This document shows, piece after piece, positions 22,209-34,083 of a DNA stretch of 64,000 nucleotides (its first letter is position 1; the number at the start of each line of letters is the position of its first letter). Made by a program: the position numbers and the translations under genes. Below the pieces are notes generated by a model. The model was not told the DNA's origin. It did no database searches and saw only the letters and a program-made list of their open reading frames with translations. The stretch is from Nemertoderma westbladi (lineage: Eukaryota; Animalia; Xenacoelomorpha): the NCBI GenBank assembly GCA_032718475.1, contig JAUCBJ010002721.1, forward strand, positions 9,935-73,934. Direction: 5' to 3'.

Positions 22209-23629
22209 AAACAGCTTTTTATTTGAATTACCGGTACTACAAATTAATTTATATCTGGCACCCTTTGGTGATAGCGATCTACTACTTTAAGAATGTCGTC
22301 GCGGCGGAAAAGAAACAATAACAGCGATGATCAAAGTATGTCCTTATCTTCTCGTCGTCTCAGCATTGGAGTTGCAGCTGGGAACCACAATATAAACGAG
22401 CCGAAATCTCAACTACACAAACAATCAAAAGAAGAAAACAAAAGGATAAGCGGGAAATCGTCAAATTTGGTCACAGCAACTACTAAATCAGTAGCGGATC
22501 CCACAGCAAATCGTGACGATGGACTAACTGAGATTGAGGTGAGTTGTTCTGGCTCCAATTGCGACGTATCGATGATTTGCATGGTAAAGCTATTGACGGA
22601 TTTCGGTCGCATCGACTTCTACTACGGAAATTGTGTTGGTTGTCGTCTATCTAATTTATCAAAGGAAATGGAAGCCTTGGAACTGCGAGTAGACCACAAT
22701 ATAACAAAACTCCACGGACAAGTAAATGATTACGATTCTCGGTCTAAGATCTTGGAGGTACAGATCATAGATAATAGACGAGCTATGGAGAATGCTTTCA
22801 AAAACCTTAGGGTGGAGATATAAAGTAATATCGAAGAGATACAAAAGAAACACGATGATCTAGACCTAGAACTCGAAGATCTAAAATCCGCTGCCAGTAA
22901 TCACACGACCTGTAGTACATAGGACTACTAACGGTGATACAACAAGTAATGAATCCTGGCCATGGAAAAACGTATCATATTCCCGCAACAAAAAAACCAA
23001 ACAATACAACAAACCTCGCTATACTAACACGGCAACTAAAACACGAAGAATCTGAACAAAATAAACGCAGATCAAACATCGTTATATCCGGTTCCAGTCC
23101 GCAACAAAATGACAAAGATCTTATTATTGACATCGCCTCTACTCTCAATGTCACACTAGAAGAGAACGATATAACCTCTAAACGTGTGGGGAAACTACGA
23201 GAAAACAACTCGCAACCCGTAGTAGTTACACTACCCCCAGAAAAACGGGCTTCACTACTACAGAAAGCTCGTGACTTACGTAAATCACAAAGATATAAAC
23301 ACATATATATATCATTAGATCTCACACCAGAAGAAAGTCGTCTGCAATATGACTTACGACAGGAAAGACGTGCGATGCAATCTAGTCACCCTGATAAACG
23401 CTGGGTCATCTACCGAAACGAAGTGGTTGATTCGACATCTATAAACAATCTAGGAAAAACCAAGAACACACCTGGGCTAACCAACGATCAATCTTTACAT
23501 AGACAACGAACATTCTACAGATCTGACTCATCTTCATTTAGTACCTCCTGTAATATATCCCCAACTACAACAATTCCATCTCAATCACAGGTAATAAATA
23601 TTGGAATATATTATATTCCATTAACCAGA

Positions 23630-24140
23630 CTCACGGCACCCATCGGGTCTCCGGTCCCTGCGTGCAGACCCCTGTCACCCAGCGGGTCTCTGGTCCATGC
23701 GTCCAGACCCACGGCAGCCAGTGGGTCTCCGGTCCCTGCGTCCAGACCCACGCACCCAGCGGGTCTCCGGTCCCTGCGTGCAGACCCACGGCACCCAGCG
23801 GGTCTCCGATCCCTGCGTCCAGACCCAAGGCACCCAGTGGGTCTCCGGTCCCTGCGTCCAGAACCACGGCACCCATCGGGTCTCCGGTCCCTGCATCCAG
23901 ACCCACGGCACTCAGCGGGTCTCCGGTCCCTGCTTCCAGACCCACGGCACCCAGCGGGTCTACAGTCCCTGCGTCCAGACCCACGGCACCCAGTGGGTCT
24001 ACGGTCCCTACATCCAGTCCCGCGGCACCCAGCGGGTCTCCGGTCCCTGCATCCAGACCCACGGCACCCATCGGGTCTCCGATCCTCGCTTCCAGACCCA
24101 AGGCACCCAACGGGTCTCAGATCCCTGCGTCCAGACCCAA
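23630..24140. repeat. 39-bp GC-rich minisatellite inside the LINE
   Basis: CACGGCACCCAGCGGGTCTCCGGTCCCTGCGTCCAGACC, about 13 copies. Confidence 0.92.
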
Positions 24141-24855
24141 GTTCTCAACTTTTATCATCTCCATTCCCAACTTTTATCATCTCTATTCCCAACTTTTATC
24201 ATCTCCATTCTCAACTTTTATCATCTCTATTCCCAACTTTTATCATCTCCATTCTCAACCTTTATCATCTCCATTCTCAACTTTTATCATCTCTATTCCC
24301 AACTTTTATCATCTCCATTCTCAACTTGTATCATCTCTATTCCCAATTTTTATCATCTCCATTCTCAACTTTTATCATCTCCATTCTCAACTTTTATCAT
24401 CTCCATTCTCAACTTTTATCATCTCTATTCCCATCTTTTATCATCTCTTTTCCCAACTTCTATCATCTCTATTCCCAACTTTTATCATCTCCATTCTCAA
24501 CTTTTATCATCTCCATTCTCAACTTTTATCATCTCCATTCTCAACTTTTATCATCTCTATTCCCAACTTTTATCATCTATATTCCCAACTTTTATCATCT
24601 CTATTCCCAACTTTTATCATCTCCATTCTCAACCTTTATCATCTCCATTCTCAACTTTTATCATATCTTTTCCCATCTTTTATCATCTCTATTCCCAACT
24701 TTTATCATCTCCAACTTTTATCATCTCTATTCCCAACTTTTATCATCTCTATTCTCAACTTTTATCATTTCTAATCTCAACTTTTGTCATCCATATTCCC
24801 AACTATTATTATCTCTATTCCCAACTGTTCTCACCTCTATTCCCAATGTTTCTCA
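24141..24855. repeat. 22-bp pyrimidine-rich minisatellite inside the LINE
   Basis: TTC(C/T)CAACTTTTATCATCTC(T/C)A units. Confidence 0.92.
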
Positions 24856-25437
24856 CCCCCAAATCCGGCACTGAAACGTGTATCTACACACTTGAGGAGA
24901 TTATTAACTATTATCTCACACATAACTCTTGCGTTTATGTGTGCATGCTTGATGCCCCCAAGGCGTTTGACCGCGTGAACCACTACAAACTTTTCGATAA
25001 GCTGCTGATCCGCGGTCTCCCTATCTACATTGTAGGTTTAATTCAATTTTGGTACCGCAATCAGCTGTTGCGGGTTTGCTGGGATGGAATATTATCATGT
25101 TCTTTTTATGTGACTAACGGTACCAGACAAGGTGGTATTCTCTCACCTCTGTTTTATAATGTCTACGCTGACGATCTTAGTATTGCTTTGAGTGATAGTG
25201 GTGTTGGTTGCATGATCAACTCCATTAGAACTAACCATTTAATTTATGCCGACGACATGTGTCTGGATTTCAAATTCAATTTTCGGTTTATAGAAACTCG
25301 TTGACATCGCTGTTCAATATGCCAATAGCAATTCAATTATTTTTAATGTAAAAAAAAACGATATGTTTGTACTTCATTCATAAGTCTTTTTCACTTACCT
25401 GTTACTCAAAAATCATATTATACGGTTCTCCCGTTAA

Positions 25438-26832
25438 CCCTATTACCACTGGGGTGTTTAGACCATTAGCAGCACTGGCGGGGGGTCGATCCCCCCCCCC
25501 CCCCCTCTGAATTTCTGTAATCATCCAATAAAATCCAACGAAATTTGGGCTGTAGGTGAAAAAATTATCGAAGAACATTTTCAAATCCAAAAAAATGAAA
25601 ATTTCATAGGGTGGGTATAATAATTTTCATGAAAAATAGAGGTAGTCCCAGGACAAAATATACATTTTTTTGATATTCTAGAACTGATAGTGTGGCATTG
25701 TTGGCTAGCATTAGTAGGTTTTTCACAACGCTGAATCGAATGTGATTATATTCCATTTCCGAAAATTGAACTGGATGCTATTGTTCGTGCACCTAAGAAG
25801 TGGGCGTGGTACTTCAAATTTTGAAAAATACGATATTCGGAAAATACCCCCATCTTTTGATTTCAACGCGTTTTTATAGGTTTTCTGGACCGCTGAGTCG
25901 ATTGAAAATATTATTGAAGCCTGAAGACTTAGTGGATCGTCCTTTTTGGAGCACCAAAATTATGGTGTGGCACTTCAAATATTGAAAAATACGAGATTCT
26001 GAAAATAAACCAAAGTTGAGATTTCAACGCACATTTATAGGTGTTCTGGACCGATGAATCAATTGAAAGTATTTTAGAAGCCTGGAGACTTAGTGGTTCG
26101 GCATTTTTGTTGCACCAAAATTAGGGAGTGGTACTTATTCAAATTTTGAAAAAGTACCACGCCCGATTGTGGTGTACCAGTAATGACATACCACTAAGAC
26201 TTGAAGCTACAATATTACTTTCAATCGACTCAGCGGTCCAGATATCCTATAAAAACGGGTTGAAATGAAAACCTTGTGGTATTTTCTGAATATCGTAAAT
26301 TTGAAAATTTGAAGTTGGCCTACTTGCCACGCCCTAATTTTGGTGCACCAAAAATGATATACCACTAAGAATTGAGTCTTCTATATTACTTTAAATCGAT
26401 TAAGAGGGCCAGAAAACCCATAAAAATGCGTTGAAATCAAAATTTCGGAGTATTTAACGAATATTGTATTTTTGAAAATTCGAAGTGCCACGCCCTGATT
26501 TAGTGCACCAAAAATGACGTACCACTTCCCCTACATACTTATATAGAGTAGTAGAGTGCTCCATACGAATCAGAATCGATAAAAAAAAGCCCAACATAAA
26601 GAATTACTAACTCACAAAACCTTGTAAAATTCGAAAATTTCAAAAAAATTTCTGCTGGGGACCTAATTTTGAGGTGGCAATCACATCAAAAAGTTGAAAT
26701 CTGATTGCAACGCCGTTTTTTGCAAAAAATGCGCCATTAAATTTGACTAATTCTCGTAAAAAATTGAGCTGGTACATAATGTGGTTGCATAGATACAGGA
26801 AATAAAAACTAGGAAGGGGCCGATTCGCCCCT

Positions 26833-26864
<32 letters not shown>

Positions 26865-26871
26865 AATAGGG
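25438..26871. mobile_element. Non-autonomous piggyBac-like transposon inserted in the LINE RT
   Basis: TTAA TSDs at 25434-25437 and 26872-26875; TIR CCCTATTACCA(C/T)TGGGG; internal ~120-bp repeats in direct then inverted orientation; the RT sequence resumes across it. Confidence 0.85.
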
Positions 26872-27654
26872 TTAAGGTAGTTGACACGTTCAACTACCTA
26901 GGGCAGCTGGTCAACTGCTAGTCAACAGTAAGCAGCATAGTCAACTGCTGACAATGATGATATTATTAATCAGACGCACTCGCTATATGCCAGAGCGAAT
27001 ACATTAGTTGGGAAATTCGGCAATGCCTCGGTAGCTGTTAAGTGCGCATTATTCCGTGCATATTGCACCCCTGTATATTGTAATTCTCTATGGTCTCGCT
27101 CAAACTATAGCGAGCGTGTTTAAGTTTATGACAAAATAAGGGTAGCATACAACAATTGTGCCCGATTATTATTCAAATTACCACGTCTTACTGACAATGA
27201 GCCGACTAGTATGTCACTATCTTTTGGTACGTTAAACCTACCCGTATTTTGTCACATTCACTACAACTCTGTGTGTAGCCTCCTCAATAGAATTAAGTCC
27301 AACCATAACTGTTTATTGTACACTGTTTACACTGCCTGCAAACCATTCTAGAGATTATTTCCCTTGAAGCTGTCAGGGTAATAGACATTATTACTTTACT
27401 AAGTGTGTATGTTTAGTTTTTTACTATTTGTGCTATTGTTGTAATTTTACTTTCGTTTTTACTGTAGATATGTACGGGGGCGTTCATAAAGTATGTCACG
27501 CAAATTTTCCGATTTTTTGACCCCCCCCCCCCCCCGCCCTCTGTCACAAAGTGTCACGTCATTATGGTACACCCGGTATATGTATTTCCAACTTTTTTTT
27601 AACTTATATTATCAACTTTTAATGAATTGTTGTGGGGTGAGTGACGGTTAATTA

Positions 27655-27756
27655 AATATATAATGTGGATAGGACAATATGATAATGCTCTCCATAGCGA
27701 AAAATATTTTTCGCTATGGGGAGCATTATCATATTGTCCTATCCACATTATATATT
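27655..27756. repeat. 102-bp near-perfect palindrome
   Basis: AATATATAATGTGGATAGG...GCGAAAAATATTTTTCGC...CCTATCCACATTATATATT, one mismatch. Confidence 0.92.
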
Positions 27757-27997
27757 ATCAACTTTTGGTAACGTGTTTGCCGATGCTAGTGACGAGGTAG
27801 ATGACTGCGTGTGTTACTTTCATGTTCAGAATTTTGAGGCCGGTTTCTATTGAGAGCAGAAGTAAGTGGTTTAAGGTTCCAATTATTTAGTAGGCGGTGG
27901 ATTTCTTTAGTTTCTGCCGGCGCATGGTTTCTACCACGTAATCTGTACTGCCACTGTTCCCTTCCACGCGATAACCAGTGAGTGCCACTACCGGTAC

Positions 27998-28330
27998 CTG
28001 CTCCCAACTTTTCTCATCTCTATTTCCAACTTTTGCTTTATCACCTTCACTCCCAATTGTTATTATATATATTCCAAACTTTTCTCATCTCTATTTCCAA
28101 CCTTTCCAACCTGCTCCCAACTTTTCTCATCTCTATTTCCAACCTTTGCTTTATCACCTTCACTCCCAATTGTTATTATATATATTCCAAACTTTTCTCA
28201 TCTCTATTTCCAACCTTTCCAACCTGCTCCCAACTTTTCTCATCTCTATTTCCAACCTTTGCTTTATCACCTTCACTCCCAATTGTTATTATATATATTC
28301 CAAACTTTTCTCATCTCTATTCTCAACCTA
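27998..28330. repeat. About 3 copies of a ~114-bp higher-order repeat built from units related to the 24.1-24.9 kb minisatellite
   Basis: CCCAACTTTTCTCATCTCTATTTCCAAC core. Confidence 0.85.
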
Positions 28331-28354
28331 TCGATTAAATTTGCAATTTCTCAG

Positions 28355-28459
28355 AAACTGGAATACAGTGTCCGTAAGATGACGTCAGTAGAGAACACAT
28401 CTCCAGAGATTCGCTCACACATACTCGACATGGATGACATTCACATAGTCGTAGAATCG
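28355..28459 (+). CDS. PPP4R4: PPP4R4 exon
   Basis: tctcag acceptor; KLEYSVRKM (human QLEMCVRKL)...; gtgagt donor; phase 0/0. Confidence 0.8.
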
Positions 28460-28715
28460 GTGAGTTATAGATTTAAATATCTTAATATATATTTTTATTT
28501 TCTTGATTTGGTCCATACGACTTTTGCTTTCTGCAATGTTGTTAAAGACGCTTCTCTTTGAGAAACCGTGTCCCGGGAACATTCTATTTTATATTTTTTC
28601 CTAGGGGCGACGATTTTTAAATTTGTTGCTGTGAACTATTTTTATACCATTTTTACATTTTTGCTAAATAGATGACATTCATTTACTTTCTTAGTTATTG
28701 TTGTGTCATGTACTT

Positions 28716-28990
28716 GTGAGTAACCATAGCAACTCTCATTGTCCACATTATCTGAGTAACCCTAGCAACTCTCATTGTCCACATTATCTGAGTAACCATA
28801 GCAACTCTCATTGTCCACATTATCTGAGTAACCATAGCAACTGTCATTGTCCACATTATCTGAGTAACCCTAGCAACTCTCATTGTCCACATTATCTGAG
28901 TAACCATAGCAACTGTCATTGTCCACATTATCTGAGTAACCATAGCAACTGTCATTGTCCACATTAGCTGAGTAACCATAGCAACTCGCA
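28716..28990. repeat. 36-bp tandem repeat overlapping a splice acceptor and exon start
   Basis: TGAGTAACCATAGCAACTCTCATTGTCCACATTATC x7, plus a final partial copy that is exonic. Confidence 0.95.
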
Positions 28991-29187
28991 TGAAGACGCC
29001 GACGACATTCGAAAAGAGGAGGAAGAACGAATGCTGTTTGAGATGGAGGAGAAAACGGAGAAAGGAAAGACGAAAGTGGGAGGATTAGTCAGACGGGTAT
29101 CCAAGGGCAACGTGGTTAATAAGCAAACAATAGTCAAACGGAATTCAGTTGGCGCCATGGAGACGGAGAAAGGGAAACCCAGTAAAG
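28968..29187 (+). CDS. PPP4R4: PPP4R4 exon
   Basis: LSNHSNSHEDADDIRKEEEERMLFEMEEK (human DLLDQEKEREELLL region); phase 0/1. Confidence 0.75.
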
Positions 29188-29240
29188 GTTAGTGGAAAAA
29201 TCGTATTTATTAAACGCAGTGCTAACGGTACCGAATGTAA

Positions 29241-30122
<882 letters not shown>

Positions 30123-30690
30123 GTGAGTTGGTAGGTGTGGGTGTTTGTGTTGGATGGGGTGGGTTGGTAGCTGTGCATGTTTGTGTTGGATGGGGTGGGT
30201 TGGTAGCTGTGCATGTTTGTGTTGCATGGGGTGGGTTGGTAGCTGTGCATGTTTGTGTTGGATGGGGTGGGTTGGTAGGCGTGCATGTTTGTATTGGATG
30301 GGGTGGGTTGGTAGCTGTGCATGTTTGTGTTGGATGGGGTGGGTTGGTAGCTGTGCATGTTTGTGTTGGATGGGGTGGGTTGGTAGCTGTGCATGTTTGT
30401 GTTGGATGGGGTGGGTTGGTAGCTGTGCATGTTTGTGTTGGATGGGGTGGGTTGGTAGCTGTGCATGTTTGTGTTGGATGGGGTGGGTTGGTAGCTGTGC
30501 ATGTTTGTGTTGGATGGGGTGGGTTGGTAGCTGTGCATGTTTGTGTTGGATGGGGTGGGTTGGTAGCTGTGCATGTTTGTGTTGGATTGGGTGGGTTGGT
30601 AGCCGTGCATGTTTGTGTTGGATGGGGTGGGTTGGTAGCTGTGCATGTTTGTGTGTTTGTGTTTGATGAGGTGAGTTGGTAGCTGTTCAT
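30123..30690. repeat. 39-bp GT-rich minisatellite beginning at a splice donor
   Basis: GTGGGTTGGTAGCTGTGCATGTTTGTGTTGGATGGG-type unit, about 14-15 copies. Confidence 0.92.
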
Positions 30691-32271
30691 TGCCATCCCA
30701 GCGAACTTATAATTATACTTTGTTAGTTATTAATACAGTATATTATAATATTGGCTATACTTGGCTTGAAAAACGGCCATAGTATAATTATATAACAGTT
30801 CGCCGATGGCTCGCAGTTGTGGCTCGCCTCACAGCCGTTGTGTTTGGTAAAGTTACTGTTTAGTTTACAGTCCACTATTTAGCAGTTATCACTAAGATGA
30901 TGGTTGTGAGTATAGCAGTATATACACTATTATACAAAACAGTATGTTGTGAGCAAAATTATAAACCAACGATATGTTGGCGAAATTGTTATAGACGCAA
31001 TTCTATCTAAAGATCCAGTTCCGTGTTGATTCGATAAAATTACTATAAAGATACACTAGATTGTAAAATAAATACATTATTTTAGAGTAAAAGATAAACC
31101 TCTGGCAGAGCAAATACTTTGTCACATGCGTAAAACAGGTTGAGTGATAATTTTCCCAAATAATATGATATAACCTTTCACAGGAGCACATCACATCACA
31201 TCACAGCACATCTGATGTATTTTATTTTGGGGGTAAATGCTAGTAGGCAGGCATGCACCTAATTGTAGGCAGGTTAGTAAAGATGCAGTTTACAGAGGCG
31301 GGTTCAAAGGAACCAAAACAATAAAGTTCAAAGTTAGGGATATGTAGGGAACCGAATTTAATTGAGAATCGACAGCTTGATGATCATAACAGTCAGATGT
31401 ATAGGCCTACCGAGATCGGCAGACCGCGGTACATGTAGGTGTAACGTTTAGCCCCCTTTATCTACCGGCATTCTTGCTTTCACAACTGCGTTTCATGTTT
31501 CAAACAGTTTGAATAAACAACCGTATCATATCAGCTGTCCCTAACTAATCACGATTTTTGTGTGATAAAGTGAAGTTGACGGCAGGACGGGGGTCGTGAA
31601 ACACAAGCCATTGGAAGAAAATCGAAGACTCCTGTCTCTTGGCTGTTACCTGTAAGGAAAGGATGGTGCCACATTAACTTCAAAGGTCCAATATTCCAAC
31701 TATCCAACCATTTTCTTTACTTCCCCAGCATATGCCAGGTTCCTGTTACAGCTGGGCGGGTTGAAACCTAGTTCCATAGAGTTAACAACTTAACGACAAC
31801 TATAGGCTCTTCCATTTCTGGGGCTCGAACTTACGATCTCGCTGTTGGAACACCGAGGCTCTAAACATGGAACGTTTTATGATAATTGCTGTTAAAAACT
31901 GCCGCCCAGATCGGTACGAATGAACATCGGCCCCTGACTTTTTAAACAAATTTTAATACATTTATGTTAGGGGGCCAGGCAAATATTTTTCTCGCCGGCC
32001 TTTAATGGAAAGTGGATATGAAATAAAGTGTTTGGCTGGCCTATCGCTAAGAGGGTCTGCCGACATTGCATCGTAAGCACCATGGCGATTGGGTTGTTTA
32101 TTTAGAGGGACATTGGTTTGTAAACTAATAGAAATTAAAATAAAAGCAAAGTTTAATTTGTTTCCAATAAGTTAACGTAATAAAATATATTAAACGGAAT
32201 GAATCTCACATAATTTTATACACAATTGGAACACAAATAACTGCATTCCAAAGGATTGTTTATAATTATTA

Positions 32272-34083
32272 TTATAAGTGAAAAAGTTTCCCACTGCCCA
32301 CGAATTGTGATTGGGGGGACTTCCTAGAAACCATGGCGACGGGTGTCGATGAGTCATCGGGGGTGATCAGCTGATAGGCGAGACCCATAGACTCAGTAGA
32401 ATGACTCCATAATAACTCAACCTCTCCATCATTGTGCTTTAATAAACATATCAACCCAACTTGCGCATCACTATGGATACCAAGAATTCTAGAATTATTT
32501 ATAAAATTATCTTTAATAAAGGTATCGATTTGCTTTAAGGGTAGAACGTCCTTATTGGTTGTCAAGGTGGTTGCTACGGATCGCGACATATTCGTAGCAA
32601 TCAGCTGCTCCCCGCAGCCGCTCGCAGCCACGCCGATGCTATTGGTTGCCCAGCAACCAGCTCCAGGGATCCCCGCGTGTCCAATCCGACCCGGATATTT
32701 CAGCCAAATACCACCGCTAGAGGCGCCCGCTGCGATACGACCAGTTGTCGTGTCTAAAACAACCGCCCCAACCGTCTCGGTGGGTCTAGGAGGGTCAGTT
32801 GTGTCTTTGTCAGTTTGTATGGCTGGGTCAGTGGGTTTGTCTGGGTCAGTGGGTTTGTCTAGGTTTATGTCTGGATCTGTATCTACAGTTCTATAAGCTG
32901 ATACATCGGACCCAAAATACTCTCTTGGAATATATTTCCCCCAAACTTTATCTGATTCAAGATTTTCCTCACAAAACGTGTTGAGACGCCGATGATTGTC
33001 GGACAAGCGCTGGCGCTTCGTGGTACATCGATAACCATCCACATTAACACTGGAACCACTCGTATTAACACCAGAACCACACGTATTAACACCAGAACCA
33101 CACGTATTAACACCAGAACCACTCGTATTAACACCAGAACCACACCCACACGTATTAACACCAGTACCACACGTATTAATACCAGAACCACACGTATTAA
33201 CACCAGAACCACACGTATTAAGACCAGAACCACTCGTATTAACACCAGAACCACACGTAACACCAGAACCACACGTATTAACTCCAGAACCACACGTATT
33301 AACACCAGAACCACTCGTATTAACACCAGAACCACACGTATTAACACCAGAACCACACGTATTAACACCAGAACCACTCGTATTAACACCAGAACCACAC
33401 GTATTAACACCAGAACCACTCGTATTAACACCAGAACCACACGTATTAACACCAGAACCACTCGTATTAACACCAGAACCACACGTATTAACACCAGAAC
33501 CACACGTATTAACTCCAGAACCACTCTTATTAACACCAGAAACACTCGTATTAACACCAGAACCATCTAAATTGGCAGTTAAAACATTCGATTTATCCAG
33601 TTGATTTCGATACCTCCGATAGAAACGCCGACACTTTTCCGTCACCAACTCGTCGGGCGGTACGACCGACAAGCCAACTTCCAGGGCCCATCTCCGCGCC
33701 CCGTCGCCACAGACAACCATCGGACTCACCCTCCCCAACGTCAACCGCTCGCCCTGCCGCGCCAGCACCGACTCCGCTAACTCTATAGGGTTCATTACAC
33801 CGCTAACCGCGGCCACGCAGCCGCATCCACCGTCGGATACCGACAGCGAGGCGTCGCATTCTACCGAGCCGACGGACGTTAAACTCGAACCCACTCCTGC
33901 ATTCGTCTGCGACGAGTTCTCGAGGATAACAATGGCGGCGGTTACCGCGGATTCGCAACTCCCACCGGATCGCAACACCCCAGACGCGGCGATGCAAGCA
34001 CGGGAACACAGCCGATTGGATGAGGGCTCGTTACTAATAGCAACACGTCCAGCTCCACTATGGACAATAACAATCCCTTTCAT
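32272..34083 (-). CDS. TASP1: Taspase 1 (threonine aspartase, Ntn hydrolase); intronless CDS nested antisense in a PPP4R4 intron
   Basis: VIVHSGAG, LENS..TNAG.GS.L...GSVECDAS, L.LGRV.P, ETVGAVVLD..G.IAAG.SSGG..LK.PGR.G.A...GAGCWA, SGCGE.L, W.HSTESM. Confidence 0.92.
   Translation of the reverse strand: MKGIVIVHSGAGRVAISNEPSSNRLCSRACIAASGVLRSGGSCESAVTAAIVILENSSQTNAGVGSSLTSVGSVECDASLSVSDGGCGCVAAVSGVMNPIELAESVLARQGERLTLGRVSPMVVCGDGARRWALEVGLSVVPPDELVTEKCRRFYRRYRNQLDKSNVLTANLDGSGVNTSVSGVNKSGSGVNTCGSGVNTCGSGVNTSGSGVNTCGSGVNTSGSGVNTCGSGVNTSGSGVNTCGSGVNTCGSGVNTSGSGVNTCGSGVNTCGSGVTCGSGVNTSGSGLNTCGSGVNTCGSGINTCGTGVNTCGCGSGVNTSGSGVNTCGSGVNTCGSGVNTSGSSVNVDGYRCTTKRQRLSDNHRRLNTFCEENLESDKVWGKYIPREYFGSDVSAYRTVDTDPDINLDKPTDPDKPTDPAIQTDKDTTDPPRPTETVGAVVLDTTTGRIAAGASSGGIWLKYPGRIGHAGIPGAGCWATNSIGVAASGCGEQLIATNMSRSVATTLTTNKDVLPLKQIDTFIKDNFINNSRILGIHSDAQVGLICLLKHNDGEVELLWSHSTESMGLAYQLITPDDSSTPVAMVSRKSPQSQFVGSGKLFHL
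33044..33568. repeat. 21-bp in-frame coding repeat in TASP1 (SGVNT[C/S]G, about 25 copies)
   Basis: CACACGTATTAACACCAGAAC units; length variants keep the frame. Confidence 0.95.

Larger units (their letters stand above)
22293..27400 (+). mobile_element. Decayed non-LTR retrotransposon (RTE-X-like): ORF1 remnant, repeat-replaced middle, RT remnant split by a piggyBac MITE
   Basis: ORF1 coiled-coil plus KRRSNIVISG...KRVGK...PVVV..IYISLDLTPEE (22293-23450). RT LDAPKAFDRVNH, GTRQGGILSPLFYNVYADDL, YADD (24865-25430), resuming as FNYLG and LYARAN.L...LFRAYC..VY...LW after 26876. Confidence 0.8.
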
